The notes: generated by a model not told the origin, from the letters alone. A stretch of 64,000 nucleotides of DNA from an archaeon (GCA_020057295.1 JAGVGF010000006.1:64001-128000), one strand, 5' to 3'. Shown: positions 1 to 10,883, numbered from the stretch's first letter. Program-made: numbers and translations.

Positions 1-89
1 TTGGTTACAATGCACCTCCAAATTATATAGTTGGAGGATATGCTCCTAGTAATGACTTCAGGTTGTGGAGCGAAGTGCCATTAGAATAA
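1..89 (+). CDS. 3' end of a CDS truncated by the window edge (hypothetical)
   Basis: Open frame GYNAPPNYIVGGYAPSNDFRLWSEVPLE* ending at TAA 87-89. Confidence 0.5.
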   Translation, partial: GYNAPPNYIVGGYAPSNDFRLWSEVPLE

Positions 90-189
90 AGTTTAAGACA
101 TAAAGGCAAGACTTAAATTTGAACTACTATTGAATGGTCATTAAGCTTAATAAAGTATTAACGTTTTATTATAACAAGAGGTGGGTTGA

Positions 190-999
190 TTGGATTTTAA
201 AGTTGAAAATCGTAAAAATTTGCATGCTCAAAAATATTCTAAAGAAGATGTAGATATAGTTTACGAATTCTCTAAAGATGTAAAAAAAGAATTAGGAGAT
301 ATGCTTAAAGCAATAGTCCTATTCGGTAGTACAGCAAGAAGAATAGACACTAATAAGAGAGGTCATGATATAGATATATTATTAGTATTGGATGATGTTA
401 GAATTCAATTATCTCCAGAACTTATCCAAACATATAGAATTATAGTTGAAAAAATAGTTATAAAAGTTTCTAAAAGAATTCATGTTACAAGTTTAAGATT
501 AACAAATTTTTGGGAGTATGTTAGAGCTGGAGATCCTATCGCAATAAATATTTTAAGAGATGGTGTGGCTATTATTGATACAGGATTCTTTGAGCCACTA
601 CAATTATTACTTTATCAAGGAAGAATCCGACCTAGTGCAGAATCAATACACAATTATTTGTTGATGGCACCACAAACATTACAGAATTCTCGCGGACACA
701 TATTACAAGCAGTATTAGATTTATACTGGGCAGTTATTGACGCTGCACATGCAGCATTAATGTACGTTAACGAGATACCACCAAGTCCAGCACATGTGTC
801 TGATATGATGGAAGAAAAATTGATTAAACCAGGATTACTAGATAAAAAATATGCTCACACGATGAGAATGTTCTATACGGTTGGTAAAAGTATAATGCAT
901 GGCCAGTTAAACGATATTAGCGGAGATCAATATGATGGATATTATAGAGAAGCATATGATTTCGTTCTAGCAATGAAGAAATTTATAGAGAAGAAATAA
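190..999 (+). CDS. Minimal nucleotidyltransferase (MNT)-HEPN fusion protein
   Basis: LFGSTAR...HDIDIL Pol-beta NTase motif; C-terminal helical HEPN-like region (LYWAVIDAAHAALM); TTG start after GAGGTG RBS. Confidence 0.75.
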   Translation: MDFKVENRKNLHAQKYSKEDVDIVYEFSKDVKKELGDMLKAIVLFGSTARRIDTNKRGHDIDILLVLDDVRIQLSPELIQTYRIIVEKIVIKVSKRIHVTSLRLTNFWEYVRAGDPIAINILRDGVAIIDTGFFEPLQLLLYQGRIRPSAESIHNYLLMAPQTLQNSRGHILQAVLDLYWAVIDAAHAALMYVNEIPPSPAHVSDMMEEKLIKPGLLDKKYAHTMRMFYTVGKSIMHGQLNDISGDQYDGYYREAYDFVLAMKKFIEKK

Positions 1000-1017
1000 A
1001 TTCTAAAAATTTTTAAA

Positions 1018-1662
1018 ATGCATAATTATTCTAAGAATATGAATAAAGATAAAACTAAAGATATTCCGTCAAAAGATTTCAATCTACAAAAAAAGCTTTG
1101 TCTAGAAAAATTATACAAACCAGATAATAGTAGGAAAGGTACTGTTGATAAAGCTATAATCCCACTGATAGAATATATTAATTCTTTAGATAATTATTAC
1201 ACCACAAGTTCTTGTTCTGGACGTATACAATTATTAACTGAAGCTGATTCTAAACATGATGTTAAATGGTTATTATCAACACATTCGAAAACAACATATG
1301 CCAAAATTAATCAAATATTATCTTCTAAAAATTTAAAAAAGTATTCTAAAGACAGGGTTTGGTTGAGACAAGAAAATCTTATTTTACATGTAGCGTGTAG
1401 AACGATCGATGATGCTAATAGATTATTGAAAATTACACGCAATATAGGATTACGTAGAGGGGGAATTATTGCTGACTCTAAAATAATCATTGTAGAAATT
1501 TGCTCAACAGAAAAAATGAGTATTCCGGTAGCGGATAAAGGTAAATTAATTGTGTCTTCTGAATATATTAAATTAATATTAAAGATTGTAAATCAAAAAT
1601 TCTCCAAAGGTCAAGACAGACTTCAAAGATTAGAAGAAGGAATAAAAGAAAAATTAAAATAG
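1018..1662 (+). CDS. taw3: tRNA wyosine-pathway methyltransferase Taw3/TYW3
   Basis: G.VD..I..L...IN....Y.TTSSCSGRI and ILHVACR motifs. Confidence 0.9.
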   Translation: MHNYSKNMNKDKTKDIPSKDFNLQKKLCLEKLYKPDNSRKGTVDKAIIPLIEYINSLDNYYTTSSCSGRIQLLTEADSKHDVKWLLSTHSKTTYAKINQILSSKNLKKYSKDRVWLRQENLILHVACRTIDDANRLLKITRNIGLRRGGIIADSKIIIVEICSTEKMSIPVADKGKLIVSSEYIKLILKIVNQKFSKGQDRLQRLEEGIKEKLK

Positions 1663-1721
1663 CTTACAAAAATATAAAATAAAAAGCATAAATCAAATAA
1701 AATATTTCTATTGTTTTGAAT

Positions 1722-4700
1722 TCAACACTTATACACATTCATATCGCTTAGTGAGCCACTTACACATACTTCTGATGCATCTTTAAACACATCATTATAT
1801 TTATTCCAATTTGCAAGTACTCTTGTTGCCATCGTCGTATCCTTTGCATCATATCCGTGTACTAATAATTTATAGCTACTTCCAGTTTTTACTAAATGTA
1901 TTTTTCCGACACCAGGAGTATCTTGTACCGTACACTCAACAGGATTTCCATAAATACTTGCTGCTACAAGATTAGCACATATTCCACCAACAACAATCAT
2001 ATTTGTATTATAATCATCATTAGATATTTGATCATCAAATATAACTATTCCTGGAGGGAATGGATTATTTCCAGCATATCTTTGCATACTTGCAACTATG
2101 TCGGTTATACCCATCACATCATCAACAGCGGCTCTTCTACCAACAACAAACATTGTGTCAGGTTGACCTCCTTTATTTAAGAATGGTTGAGGGAAATCTT
2201 TTAATGTTTCTGTTGATTGTTGTACTGTCACGAGTGGAGCACAAGCATATACTGTTAAAGAATTTGTTAATTCTCCTGTAACACATAAGCTATTAGTATT
2301 GGCTGTAATGTTTTCAAGATTATAATCTTTCCAATTTGCAAGAACTTTTGTAGCCCTCTTCAAATCTTCATCGCTATATCCGTGAACTATAATTACAGGT
2401 TTATCATAATCAGTTACTATGAAATCTATACGTCCAACACCTTCAACGTACCCCTCGGCACAATTTGTAGGATTATCATAAACTTTTTCAGTTATGCTAT
2501 TACTACATATTCCACCAATTACTATAAATCCTTTAGAGTCCCAATCATTTTGAGTTATTTCTGTATCTAACTTAGCCCATCCTACTCCAACGTTTCCGGT
2601 TTTATTAGAATATCTTTGTAGACTCGCCGCAATATCCACTCCTGAGAGAACATTTACAGGTGTTGCTCTAGCACCTACAACAATTACTCCGGTAAAATCT
2701 TTTATGTCATTAAAGAAATATTTAGGATAATCTTTAAGGATCAGTGAAATTGCTGTACTATTCTGTATACATGCACCATTAATACATCCATTTTGGCATG
2801 TTTGCCAACCTCTCTTGAAAAAGTTTCCATCACAATAATATTCTGATACAGATGGTCCTGTAGGACTTGGTGCATTTAAACAATTTGTACAACACGAATC
2901 ATTAATAGAAACTACAAATCCGTCAGGGAATGTTTCTGTAACAGTTCCCTTAGTATATATATTTCCATTATCAGACTTACTACAAGTAACATCTGCTAGT
3001 TTTGCAAAGTGTCTAACAAATTTCTGCGACGCATTATAAGATCTTCCACCATAATCATAATTCATAGTTACAAATATATCATATGTTCCGGATGTTAATG
3101 CTAATGGTAAATTTATGTTGAATTGTTCAGTTGAATAACTATATCCTGAAGATAAACCGGTCACAGTTTTTACTTCAGATAAATGCAAAGCAGGTATACT
3201 TAAAGTAATATATACTGCACCTACTGTTGATGGGAAGTTATTGATAACTGAAACATCAGCATAGATATAATCTGCATTATATGCTCCTATAACGACAAAG
3301 TCTTGTGGATATACATTAACACTATGGAATTGTACACCTGAGTTTGTAGTAGAATTAATACATGCTCCTAATCTACATCCATTTGGACAATCATTCACTA
3401 TGAAAAATTCTCTATATGCAGGCAATGTTGCTTTATCACAGTACGCTTCCGCAATGTAGCATGCATTTCCACTACATGAATCGTTGTCAAAATTATTATA
3501 GTGATACCCTTGACCATTGTAAGAAACATACACAGAACTTCCTGATATAGGTGTTACACATTTATCGTTATAAAAACTGCCATCAACAGTTGTAAAACCT
3601 TTAACATAATAATATTTGCCACCGTCAGTATCTGTACATGTTGAATAAACATCTTCCGCAATATATCTCGCATAATATGAACCAAATATTACTGGAAAAT
3701 TGGTAAAAGGTCTATTTTCACCAATTACAATAACAAAATTTTCTGAAATCCATACTAGAAGGGTGTCGTTGTCATTATCTACATTGGCCGATACATATTT
3801 TCTACCGTTATGTTCCAAAATTGTGTATGAACCTTTATTACTTATATCTGCTAAAGCAACCTTTAAGAAGGATTGCGCTTCTGAAGAAGAAGAGAATACT
3901 GCAACAGTAGCTCTTGCTGTAATATCATTAGTAGAATCATAATATTCTATATTATATGCTGAATGCTTAAAACCATATTCTGTGGATTCAATTAAAGAAG
4001 GAGTTCTATTAACAAAATTTCCGATAGTAGTCACTATAAGATATTTGGAAAAGTCTATAGATATTGGAGTAGATTTACATGCTCCATCATCACATCCGTT
4101 TGGACAAGTATATTTTTCTCCAGATCCGCCTTTGTCAAGTGTACAAAATAATTCCATTACAGTATTACTATCATAACAATGATCTTCGCCAGTATCATCT
4201 TCAAAAGTTACAGTCCCTTTTAAATAATAATTTTTACCATCTGGATATTGCGAATTAGCGTCAGTATCTGTACACACTGATGCTTTCTTATATACTTTGA
4301 ATTGTCCATGCATTGTTCCAGGAGAGTATCCTGTACCATCATTGAATTTTAGAGTCCATGAATTGTCAAAATTATATTTTATGCCATAATATCCTTGCCT
4401 AGTATTTAGTCCTGGACTGTTAGAATAAAATGGGCCATAAGTTCCTGCACGCCATGCAGTATTGTGATTAAATATTAATTCTCTACCCACAGTAAAATGT
4501 CCTAAATAAATTTCAGAAGGCATTGGAGGATAATATCCGTAAAACGATCCTAATTTTATAGTGTGATTAAATAAATATAAATCTACATTAGCTGCTGCAT
4601 TAAACCATTCCATTTTAACATAATAATCTCCATCTTCACGTATTATTAAACGATTTTTTTTTGAGGCTGAATCGGTATAAGTTTCTGAAGTAACATCTAA

Positions 4701-4874
4701 AGCATCAAGATTAGAGTCTGTAGAAGAGTACTGCAAACCATCAGTTACTGCTCCTATAGCCATTCCAATATTATTAGCAGCTAAACTTGTTGTAGATGAT
4801 GCATATATCATCCCTACAATACCCAAAAATGCAACTATACCCACTACATATAGAACTATTGATTCTTCACGCAT
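1722..4874 (-). CDS. Large cell-surface protein with Cys-rich repeats and two C-terminal S-layer-like domains
   Basis: N-terminal TM; three C.D/K.D.G..Y..KG...E.YC...C.NGC..GAC repeats; duplicated LKD(Y/F)P...VVG..A...DI.AS.Q domain. Confidence 0.75.
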   Translation of the reverse strand: MREESIVLYVVGIVAFLGIVGMIYASSTTSLAANNIGMAIGAVTDGLQYSSTDSNLDALDVTSETYTDSASKKNRLIIREDGDYYVKMEWFNAAANVDLYLFNHTIKLGSFYGYYPPMPSEIYLGHFTVGRELIFNHNTAWRAGTYGPFYSNSPGLNTRQGYYGIKYNFDNSWTLKFNDGTGYSPGTMHGQFKVYKKASVCTDTDANSQYPDGKNYYLKGTVTFEDDTGEDHCYDSNTVMELFCTLDKGGSGEKYTCPNGCDDGACKSTPISIDFSKYLIVTTIGNFVNRTPSLIESTEYGFKHSAYNIEYYDSTNDITARATVAVFSSSSEAQSFLKVALADISNKGSYTILEHNGRKYVSANVDNDNDTLLVWISENFVIVIGENRPFTNFPVIFGSYYARYIAEDVYSTCTDTDGGKYYYVKGFTTVDGSFYNDKCVTPISGSSVYVSYNGQGYHYNNFDNDSCSGNACYIAEAYCDKATLPAYREFFIVNDCPNGCRLGACINSTTNSGVQFHSVNVYPQDFVVIGAYNADYIYADVSVINNFPSTVGAVYITLSIPALHLSEVKTVTGLSSGYSYSTEQFNINLPLALTSGTYDIFVTMNYDYGGRSYNASQKFVRHFAKLADVTCSKSDNGNIYTKGTVTETFPDGFVVSINDSCCTNCLNAPSPTGPSVSEYYCDGNFFKRGWQTCQNGCINGACIQNSTAISLILKDYPKYFFNDIKDFTGVIVVGARATPVNVLSGVDIAASLQRYSNKTGNVGVGWAKLDTEITQNDWDSKGFIVIGGICSNSITEKVYDNPTNCAEGYVEGVGRIDFIVTDYDKPVIIVHGYSDEDLKRATKVLANWKDYNLENITANTNSLCVTGELTNSLTVYACAPLVTVQQSTETLKDFPQPFLNKGGQPDTMFVVGRRAAVDDVMGITDIVASMQRYAGNNPFPPGIVIFDDQISNDDYNTNMIVVGGICANLVAASIYGNPVECTVQDTPGVGKIHLVKTGSSYKLLVHGYDAKDTTMATRVLANWNKYNDVFKDASEVCVSGSLSDMNVYKC

Positions 4875-5000
4875 CTTAACCCATCCTCCTAATAAAAGTA
4901 TATTAATCGAAATATTTTATAAAAACTGGATAAACTAATATTTAAAGATATCCTTTTGTATATCTGGAGAGAAATAAGGTGTTAGAATTAAAATTTAGAA

Positions 5001-5438
5001 TTATATTATAACATCTTTTACTGTAACATACGTTATGCTTATTTTTTGTAATTGCCCTATTGCTAAAAATTCTGAAACACTATTCACACTCAGTATACAT
5101 CCATTAGAATTAACTTCTTCTATAGTTATAGTATTTCCCGCATAGTATGTTGATGCACCTTCTCCCAACGTTACGGACAAAGTATTAGTATCATAATTGT
5201 TATTAACAGATACTAGTATTTTACATGATCGTGTTTCCTGTAATACTGCTGTTGCTTGACCAACATTTGGCAAGGCACTGGTTATGGTTGATTGTGCTCC
5301 ACTCTTTAATGCCAATATCACTATAATAACTATTGCAACGATAGCAAATATTGCTATCAAATAATTATTAGTTCTAGAAATCCTTGGCTGTTCCACATGT
5401 TTCTCAACGTGCGTTTTAACGCGCTTCTTTGCAACCAT
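5001..5438 (-). CDS. Hypothetical membrane-anchored protein
   Basis: Single TM followed by S/T linker, VGQA motif and small beta-rich domain. Confidence 0.7.
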   Translation of the reverse strand: MVAKKRVKTHVEKHVEQPRISRTNNYLIAIFAIVAIVIIVILALKSGAQSTITSALPNVGQATAVLQETRSCKILVSVNNNYDTNTLSVTLGEGASTYYAGNTITIEEVNSNGCILSVNSVSEFLAIGQLQKISITYVTVKDVII

Positions 5439-5526
5439 AAAGTCATCTTAGAGAATCTTATTTATATATTTTGTGTTATGAAATCACAATGTGTAAGATA
5501 ATTATTCTACAACAGCGATTATATCT

Positions 5527-6645
5527 TCATATCTTTCTTATTTTTGCAACGAAAAACCCTTCAGTATCATTATCGTAAGGATGTATTCGTAAACATTTTG
5601 ATACTTCAGGATTAATAACTAAATCTTCAAATTTCAGGATAGGCTTTGTTGTGTTTATTCCTAATTCCTTAAAATCTATAATTTCTAATTTTGCATTAGG
5701 ATACTTGTCTAATAAATATGATACTACAGCCTCATTTTCTTCAGGCTCTATTGTGCATGTACTATATACCATTACGCCATTAGGTTTCAACAAATTAAAA
5801 GCTAAATCTATAAGATTTTTCTGTATTTTACTCAATTTAGTTATACCGAGTGAATTCCACATTATAATTGTCTTTAATGATTTTCTAATAGTTCCAGTGC
5901 CTGAACATGGTGCATCTACTAAGATTCTATCAAATCTAAATTCTGGGTGTTCTTCGCTGATTCTCTTAAACCGATGTTCTTGCATCATAGTCTGTACAGC
6001 ATTTCTCACACCACACCTTTGCATATTCATTCCAAGTGCTCTAAGTCTTGCCCCAGCAATATCGTTGGCAATAAGTATCCCTTTATTATGCATATACATC
6101 GCTATCTGTGTAGTTTTACTTCCTGGAGCAGCACATAAGTCTAGTACAGTTTCTCCAGGTTGTGGATCAAGTACTACTGGTGGTATCATTGATGCAGATT
6201 CTTGGACATAAACATATCCTAAATGATGTTCTATTAAATTTCCTAAGTCAAAACGTTTGCCATCTTTGTATGTTATCCAGAATCCTTCTTTACACCAAGG
6301 GATTGGTTCTAAAATCCATCTATCGGATAACATTTTTCTAACTTCTTCAATATCTGCCTTTAAAGTGTTTACACGAATACATTTACGAATATATGATGTT
6401 GAATAATTCATAAATTTATCATAATCTTCACCTAATAATATTCTATAATGATCTTCAAATCTTTTCTTAACATCAACATTACGAGGAATTTTTTCTAACT
6501 TATGTGCACTGCCAGAATCATTACATTCAATGCAGAATTCATTAGTAGATGTATCAACATCCTCATTAATATTATCGCTGATATTGTTTTTTTCTATATT
6601 CTCTGCTTCTGCTGCTGCTTGATCTATATCTAATAACTTAGCCAT
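5527..6645 (-). CDS. NOL1/NOP2/Sun (RsmB/F) family RNA m5C methyltransferase
   Basis: QESASM, LDLCAAPGSKT, DAPCSG, YSTCT motifs. Confidence 0.95.
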   Translation of the reverse strand: MAKLLDIDQAAAEAENIEKNNISDNINEDVDTSTNEFCIECNDSGSAHKLEKIPRNVDVKKRFEDHYRILLGEDYDKFMNYSTSYIRKCIRVNTLKADIEEVRKMLSDRWILEPIPWCKEGFWITYKDGKRFDLGNLIEHHLGYVYVQESASMIPPVVLDPQPGETVLDLCAAPGSKTTQIAMYMHNKGILIANDIAGARLRALGMNMQRCGVRNAVQTMMQEHRFKRISEEHPEFRFDRILVDAPCSGTGTIRKSLKTIIMWNSLGITKLSKIQKNLIDLAFNLLKPNGVMVYSTCTIEPEENEAVVSYLLDKYPNAKLEIIDFKELGINTTKPILKFEDLVINPEVSKCLRIHPYDNDTEGFFVAKIRKI

Positions 6646-6713
6646 AATATTCAGAATAAGCGTTAGTTTATAAAAATTGTTGATAGTGAAAAGAAATTTA
6701 CTGTAATTTTGGT

Positions 6714-9473
6714 TTACTGCAGTTTAGGCAAGGTTATTTCTGGTGGTGTATTAAATTGATATTTTTCTTTAACAAAATATTTACTAATTTCCATCATTAT
6801 AAATCCAAGACAAGATATAGAAAGTATAATTATCCATTCCATAAATCCTAATGGGACAGTACCAAATACTTGCTGCAAAAACGGAACATATATCACGATT
6901 AATTGTATTCCTATAGAAGCTGCTATCCCTAATGATAACCATTTATTGCTTAATGGACTGATTTTTTTAAACGAAGCAAAACTTCTAGCACTCATTACTG
7001 CAAACATTTCAAACATTACAAGCGTAGTGAATGCTACTGTCTGTCCAAGTTGTAAATTACTTTTATAATATATACTAAATGCGAATAATGTTCCTAAACC
7101 CATAGCTACACCAAATATTAGTATAAGCCATAGCATTTGTTTTGTCAACGGATTCTCTTTAGGATTCCTCGGGCTATGCTTCATAACATCATCTTCTGCA
7201 GGTTCAGATCCTAAACCTAATGCTGGCAAGCCATCTGTCAATAAATTCATTAATAATAATTGTAAAGTAATTAAGGGTAACGGAAATGAGAGCAATACTG
7301 CAAAGAATACAGTAGTAACTTCACCGACATTGCAAGCCAATAAATATTTTGTCGACTTGATAATCCTATCATAAATATTTCTACCTTCAGCAATAGCATT
7401 GACTATGGTTGCAAAATTATCATCTGCAAGAATTGTTTTAGCAACCTCTTTACTAACATCAGTTCCTGAAATACCCATAGCTATACCTACATCAGCTTTT
7501 TTTAATGCTGGAGCATCATTTACACCATCACCAGTCATAGCAACAATGTGTCCTTTCTTTTGTAATGCTTCAACAATTCTAGTTTTTTGAATTGGAAGAG
7601 CTCTTGCGATTATCCTTATATTATCTATTTGTTGTTCTAATTCTAAGTTAGATAATTTGTCTAATTCTTGACCTGTTAATACTATATCACCATCACGTAA
7701 TAATCCTATCTGTCTACCTATAGCTTTAGCCGTCGTTGGATGATCTCCTGTAATCATCATAACTCTAATGCCTGCAGTACCACACTGCATTATAGCTTCC
7801 TTAACACCTTCTCTTGGAGGATCAATCATTCCAACAAGTCCTACAAAAATCAAATCTTTTTCAACACTAGAAACATCATATTTTTTTAAACTGCTAACGT
7901 CTCTATATGCAAGAGCTAAAACACGTAGTGAATCTTCAGCAAAGATATTATTAGAACGTAATATTCCATCTTTATCACTCTTAGTTATTAAACGTATTTT
8001 ACCATCAATTAGAATTTTACTACATGATCTTAAAATAAAATCTGGAGCTCCTTTAACATATGCTTCCGTTTTTTCATTAATATAATTTTCATATATTACA
8101 GACATTAATTTTCTATCCGAATCAAATGGTAATTCCTGAACTTTACTAAATGTACCTTCAAAATATTTTTCATCTAATTTACCTTTTCTTGCAAGTACAA
8201 TTAATGATCCTTCTGTAGGATCTCCGATTATCGACCATTTACCATCGCTACTGTCAGAACTTTTAGAGTCACCAGTATTGCTCACAAGTTTCGCATCATT
8301 ACACAAATATCCTATTCTAAACAACAATTCTAAGCCTTTTAGATTTTTATCATCTAAAACCTTATTATCAACAACAAATTCTCCAACAGGAGCATATCCT
8401 GAACCCTTTACTTCAATAACTTTTTTTCCAGTATACATTCTAGTTATAGTCATCTGATTTCTAGTTAATGTTCCTGTTTTATCAGAACATATTACTGTAA
8501 CAGCACCTAAACTTTCAGCAGCGGGTAATCTCTTGATAATCATATTTTTTGATGCTAATCGTTTTGCACCGCGTGACAAACTAATGGTTACTATTGCAGA
8601 TAATGCTGAAGGCACAGCAGCCACTGCTAAACTCAGAGAGAATATGAATAAACTCGCTAAGAATTTTCCCCACTGAACGTTACTTCTATCTAAAGTTATT
8701 AAACCTATAACAAATACTACAACAACTAATCCTAAAACTATATAAGTTAATTCTCTAGACATCTTTGCGAATTTTATTTCTAATGGTGTTGCAGTTTCTT
8801 CAATTTCTGAAATCGTTTGAGCTATCTTTCCAAATTCTGTTTTTTGACCTGTAAATGTAACAATTCCTTTACCATCTCCTCTAGTTACTATAGTTCCACT
8901 AAAAGCCATATTTTTTTGATCAGCGACAGATGATTCAGGTTTTAACTGTGTAACTAATTTTTTTGCAGGAACACTTTCCCCTGTTAGTGATGATTCATCA
9001 ATTTCTAAACTGTCAGAATCTATTAATCTAATATCTGCCGGGACAATATCTCCCTCCTCAATTAACACTATGTCTCCTGGTACTAATTCTCTTGAAGGAA
9101 TTTTTATTTCTCCACCATCTCTTAAGACTTTAGCATAAGGTGCACTAATTTTTTGTAATGCGTCCATTGCTTTTTCTGCACTGTATTCTTGAATAAACCC
9201 TAAAATAACACTTAATATTATTATTGCAAGTATCCCATAAAATTCTAGATGTTCTCCAACGAATAAACTTATTAGAGCAGCAGCAATTAAAAGCAATATC
9301 AAGAAATTTTTGAATTGATTAATAAATATTTTTAAGGCGGTGTTTTTGTTTTTTTTGTCTAATTCATTGAATCCATAATCTTTAATTCTCTTCTTAGCCT
9401 CAAGAGTATTTATTCCTTTATCATTAGAATTAAGTCTAAGAAATACATCTTTTACAGATTCATCAAAATACAA
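6714..9473 (-). CDS. Type II cation-transporting P-type ATPase (Ca2+/Na+-like, variant TM4)
   Basis: TGES, DKTGT, KGAP, DPPR, TGDGVNDAPAL motifs; about 10 TMs. Confidence 0.95.
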   Translation of the reverse strand: MYFDESVKDVFLRLNSNDKGINTLEAKKRIKDYGFNELDKKNKNTALKIFINQFKNFLILLLIAAALISLFVGEHLEFYGILAIIILSVILGFIQEYSAEKAMDALQKISAPYAKVLRDGGEIKIPSRELVPGDIVLIEEGDIVPADIRLIDSDSLEIDESSLTGESVPAKKLVTQLKPESSVADQKNMAFSGTIVTRGDGKGIVTFTGQKTEFGKIAQTISEIEETATPLEIKFAKMSRELTYIVLGLVVVVFVIGLITLDRSNVQWGKFLASLFIFSLSLAVAAVPSALSAIVTISLSRGAKRLASKNMIIKRLPAAESLGAVTVICSDKTGTLTRNQMTITRMYTGKKVIEVKGSGYAPVGEFVVDNKVLDDKNLKGLELLFRIGYLCNDAKLVSNTGDSKSSDSSDGKWSIIGDPTEGSLIVLARKGKLDEKYFEGTFSKVQELPFDSDRKLMSVIYENYINEKTEAYVKGAPDFILRSCSKILIDGKIRLITKSDKDGILRSNNIFAEDSLRVLALAYRDVSSLKKYDVSSVEKDLIFVGLVGMIDPPREGVKEAIMQCGTAGIRVMMITGDHPTTAKAIGRQIGLLRDGDIVLTGQELDKLSNLELEQQIDNIRIIARALPIQKTRIVEALQKKGHIVAMTGDGVNDAPALKKADVGIAMGISGTDVSKEVAKTILADDNFATIVNAIAEGRNIYDRIIKSTKYLLACNVGEVTTVFFAVLLSFPLPLITLQLLLMNLLTDGLPALGLGSEPAEDDVMKHSPRNPKENPLTKQMLWLILIFGVAMGLGTLFAFSIYYKSNLQLGQTVAFTTLVMFEMFAVMSARSFASFKKISPLSNKWLSLGIAASIGIQLIVIYVPFLQQVFGTVPLGFMEWIIILSISCLGFIMMEISKYFVKEKYQFNTPPEITLPKLQ

Positions 9474-9603
9474 CAGCTCACCTCTAATACAATTAATGCA
9501 ATACTAGTATAAACCCGAAAACCATATTTATAAATATTCTTATTTATTTGAATAACAGGAACATAATAAGATTTATATATTAGAAATCTTCAGTTATTCT
9601 TAT

Positions 9604-10341
9604 ATGGTTGAAAAGGAAATCTCTGAAGAGGATTTGAAGAATATGTCTGCTGAAGAGATTGCAGAATTACAGAAACAAAATTGTATATTTTGTAAAATTG
9701 CTAGCAAGGAAATTCCTGCAAAAATAGTACACGAGGATTCTGATTGTATATGTATTCTCGATATTAATCCTGCATCTGAAGGACACATATTAGTATTTCC
9801 AAAAAAACATTATATGATTATGCCACATGTTCCTGAAGATATACTTGCTAAAATGTTTAAGAATGTTGAATTGATGTCACACACATTACTAAAAACATTA
9901 CAATGTAGAGGAACTACGGTGTTTGTTGCTAATGGAGTGGCTGCAGGTCAAAGAGCACCACATGTTCTTATACATGTTTTTCCTCGTCGAGAAAATGATG
10001 GTTTAGTTCAATTGCCTAAATATGAAATGAATGATGAACAAATTTCTAAATTAAAATCCTTGTTGAAACCTTATATTACACAAGTGTTTGGCGGAAAAAA
10101 ATCTACAATTAAAGAAGCTGAATTTATAGAGAAGAAAAACGAAAAGATAGAAGAAGATATTGTTAATGAAGAAGTTGTTAAAGAATTAAAAAATGATAAC
10201 GTAGAAGAAAAAGATTTGAAAAAAAATCTCAAGAAAAAATCCACAGATAATAAAAATAATGAAGATAAAAAAGAGATTAGCAAAGATAAAAACAAAGAAA
10301 AGAAATTAGATTTAGATGATATATCGAGGTTATTTGGATAA
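9604..10341 (+). CDS. HIT-family protein with degenerate triad and charged C-terminal tail
   Basis: CIFCKI, LDINPASEGH, GQRAPHVLIH. Confidence 0.85.
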   Translation: MVEKEISEEDLKNMSAEEIAELQKQNCIFCKIASKEIPAKIVHEDSDCICILDINPASEGHILVFPKKHYMIMPHVPEDILAKMFKNVELMSHTLLKTLQCRGTTVFVANGVAAGQRAPHVLIHVFPRRENDGLVQLPKYEMNDEQISKLKSLLKPYITQVFGGKKSTIKEAEFIEKKNEKIEEDIVNEEVVKELKNDNVEEKDLKKNLKKKSTDNKNNEDKKEISKDKNKEKKLDLDDISRLFG

Positions 10342-10883
10342 TGGAATGCGTTATTTGTAATAAAAATTTTGAAAATAATATTTTATTCGAAGATGATAAA
10401 ATTATAATAATGTTAGCTGTTGAACCATCAGTCAATGGACACATACAAATATTTTCTAGAGAACATCATACTATACTTGAGCAAGTGCCTCAAGATATTT
10501 TGAATTTAATGGTTAATGCTGCTAATAAAATTTCTATAATATTATTTGAATTATTAAAAGTTCACGGTACAAATATAATTGTTAATAATGGTGTTCCAGC
10601 GGGTCAAAAAATTCCGCATGTATCAATAGATATTTTACCTCGACGTACAGAAGATAATTTGAAACTTGATTGGACATTGAAACAAGCTCCTCCTGAAGCA
10701 CTTGATAGTATTCATAGAATTATTGAAGAGGGAATGAGTAAGTCTGACATTATAGCAGTTACAGATGATAAAAAAGAAGAATTCAAGAAAGAGATTAAAG
10801 AGGAAAAAGTCGAAGAAAGTAACGATCAACCTCGTGAAAAGAAAACTAATTATTATCAGCAGTTGTTTGAGAGAACTCCTTGA
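10341..10883 (+). CDS. HIT-family protein with degenerate triad
   Basis: CVIC, P..NGH, GQKIPHVSID; start overlaps the upstream stop codon. Confidence 0.8.
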   Translation: MECVICNKNFENNILFEDDKIIIMLAVEPSVNGHIQIFSREHHTILEQVPQDILNLMVNAANKISIILFELLKVHGTNIIVNNGVPAGQKIPHVSIDILPRRTEDNLKLDWTLKQAPPEALDSIHRIIEEGMSKSDIIAVTDDKKEEFKKEIKEEKVEESNDQPREKKTNYYQQLFERTP

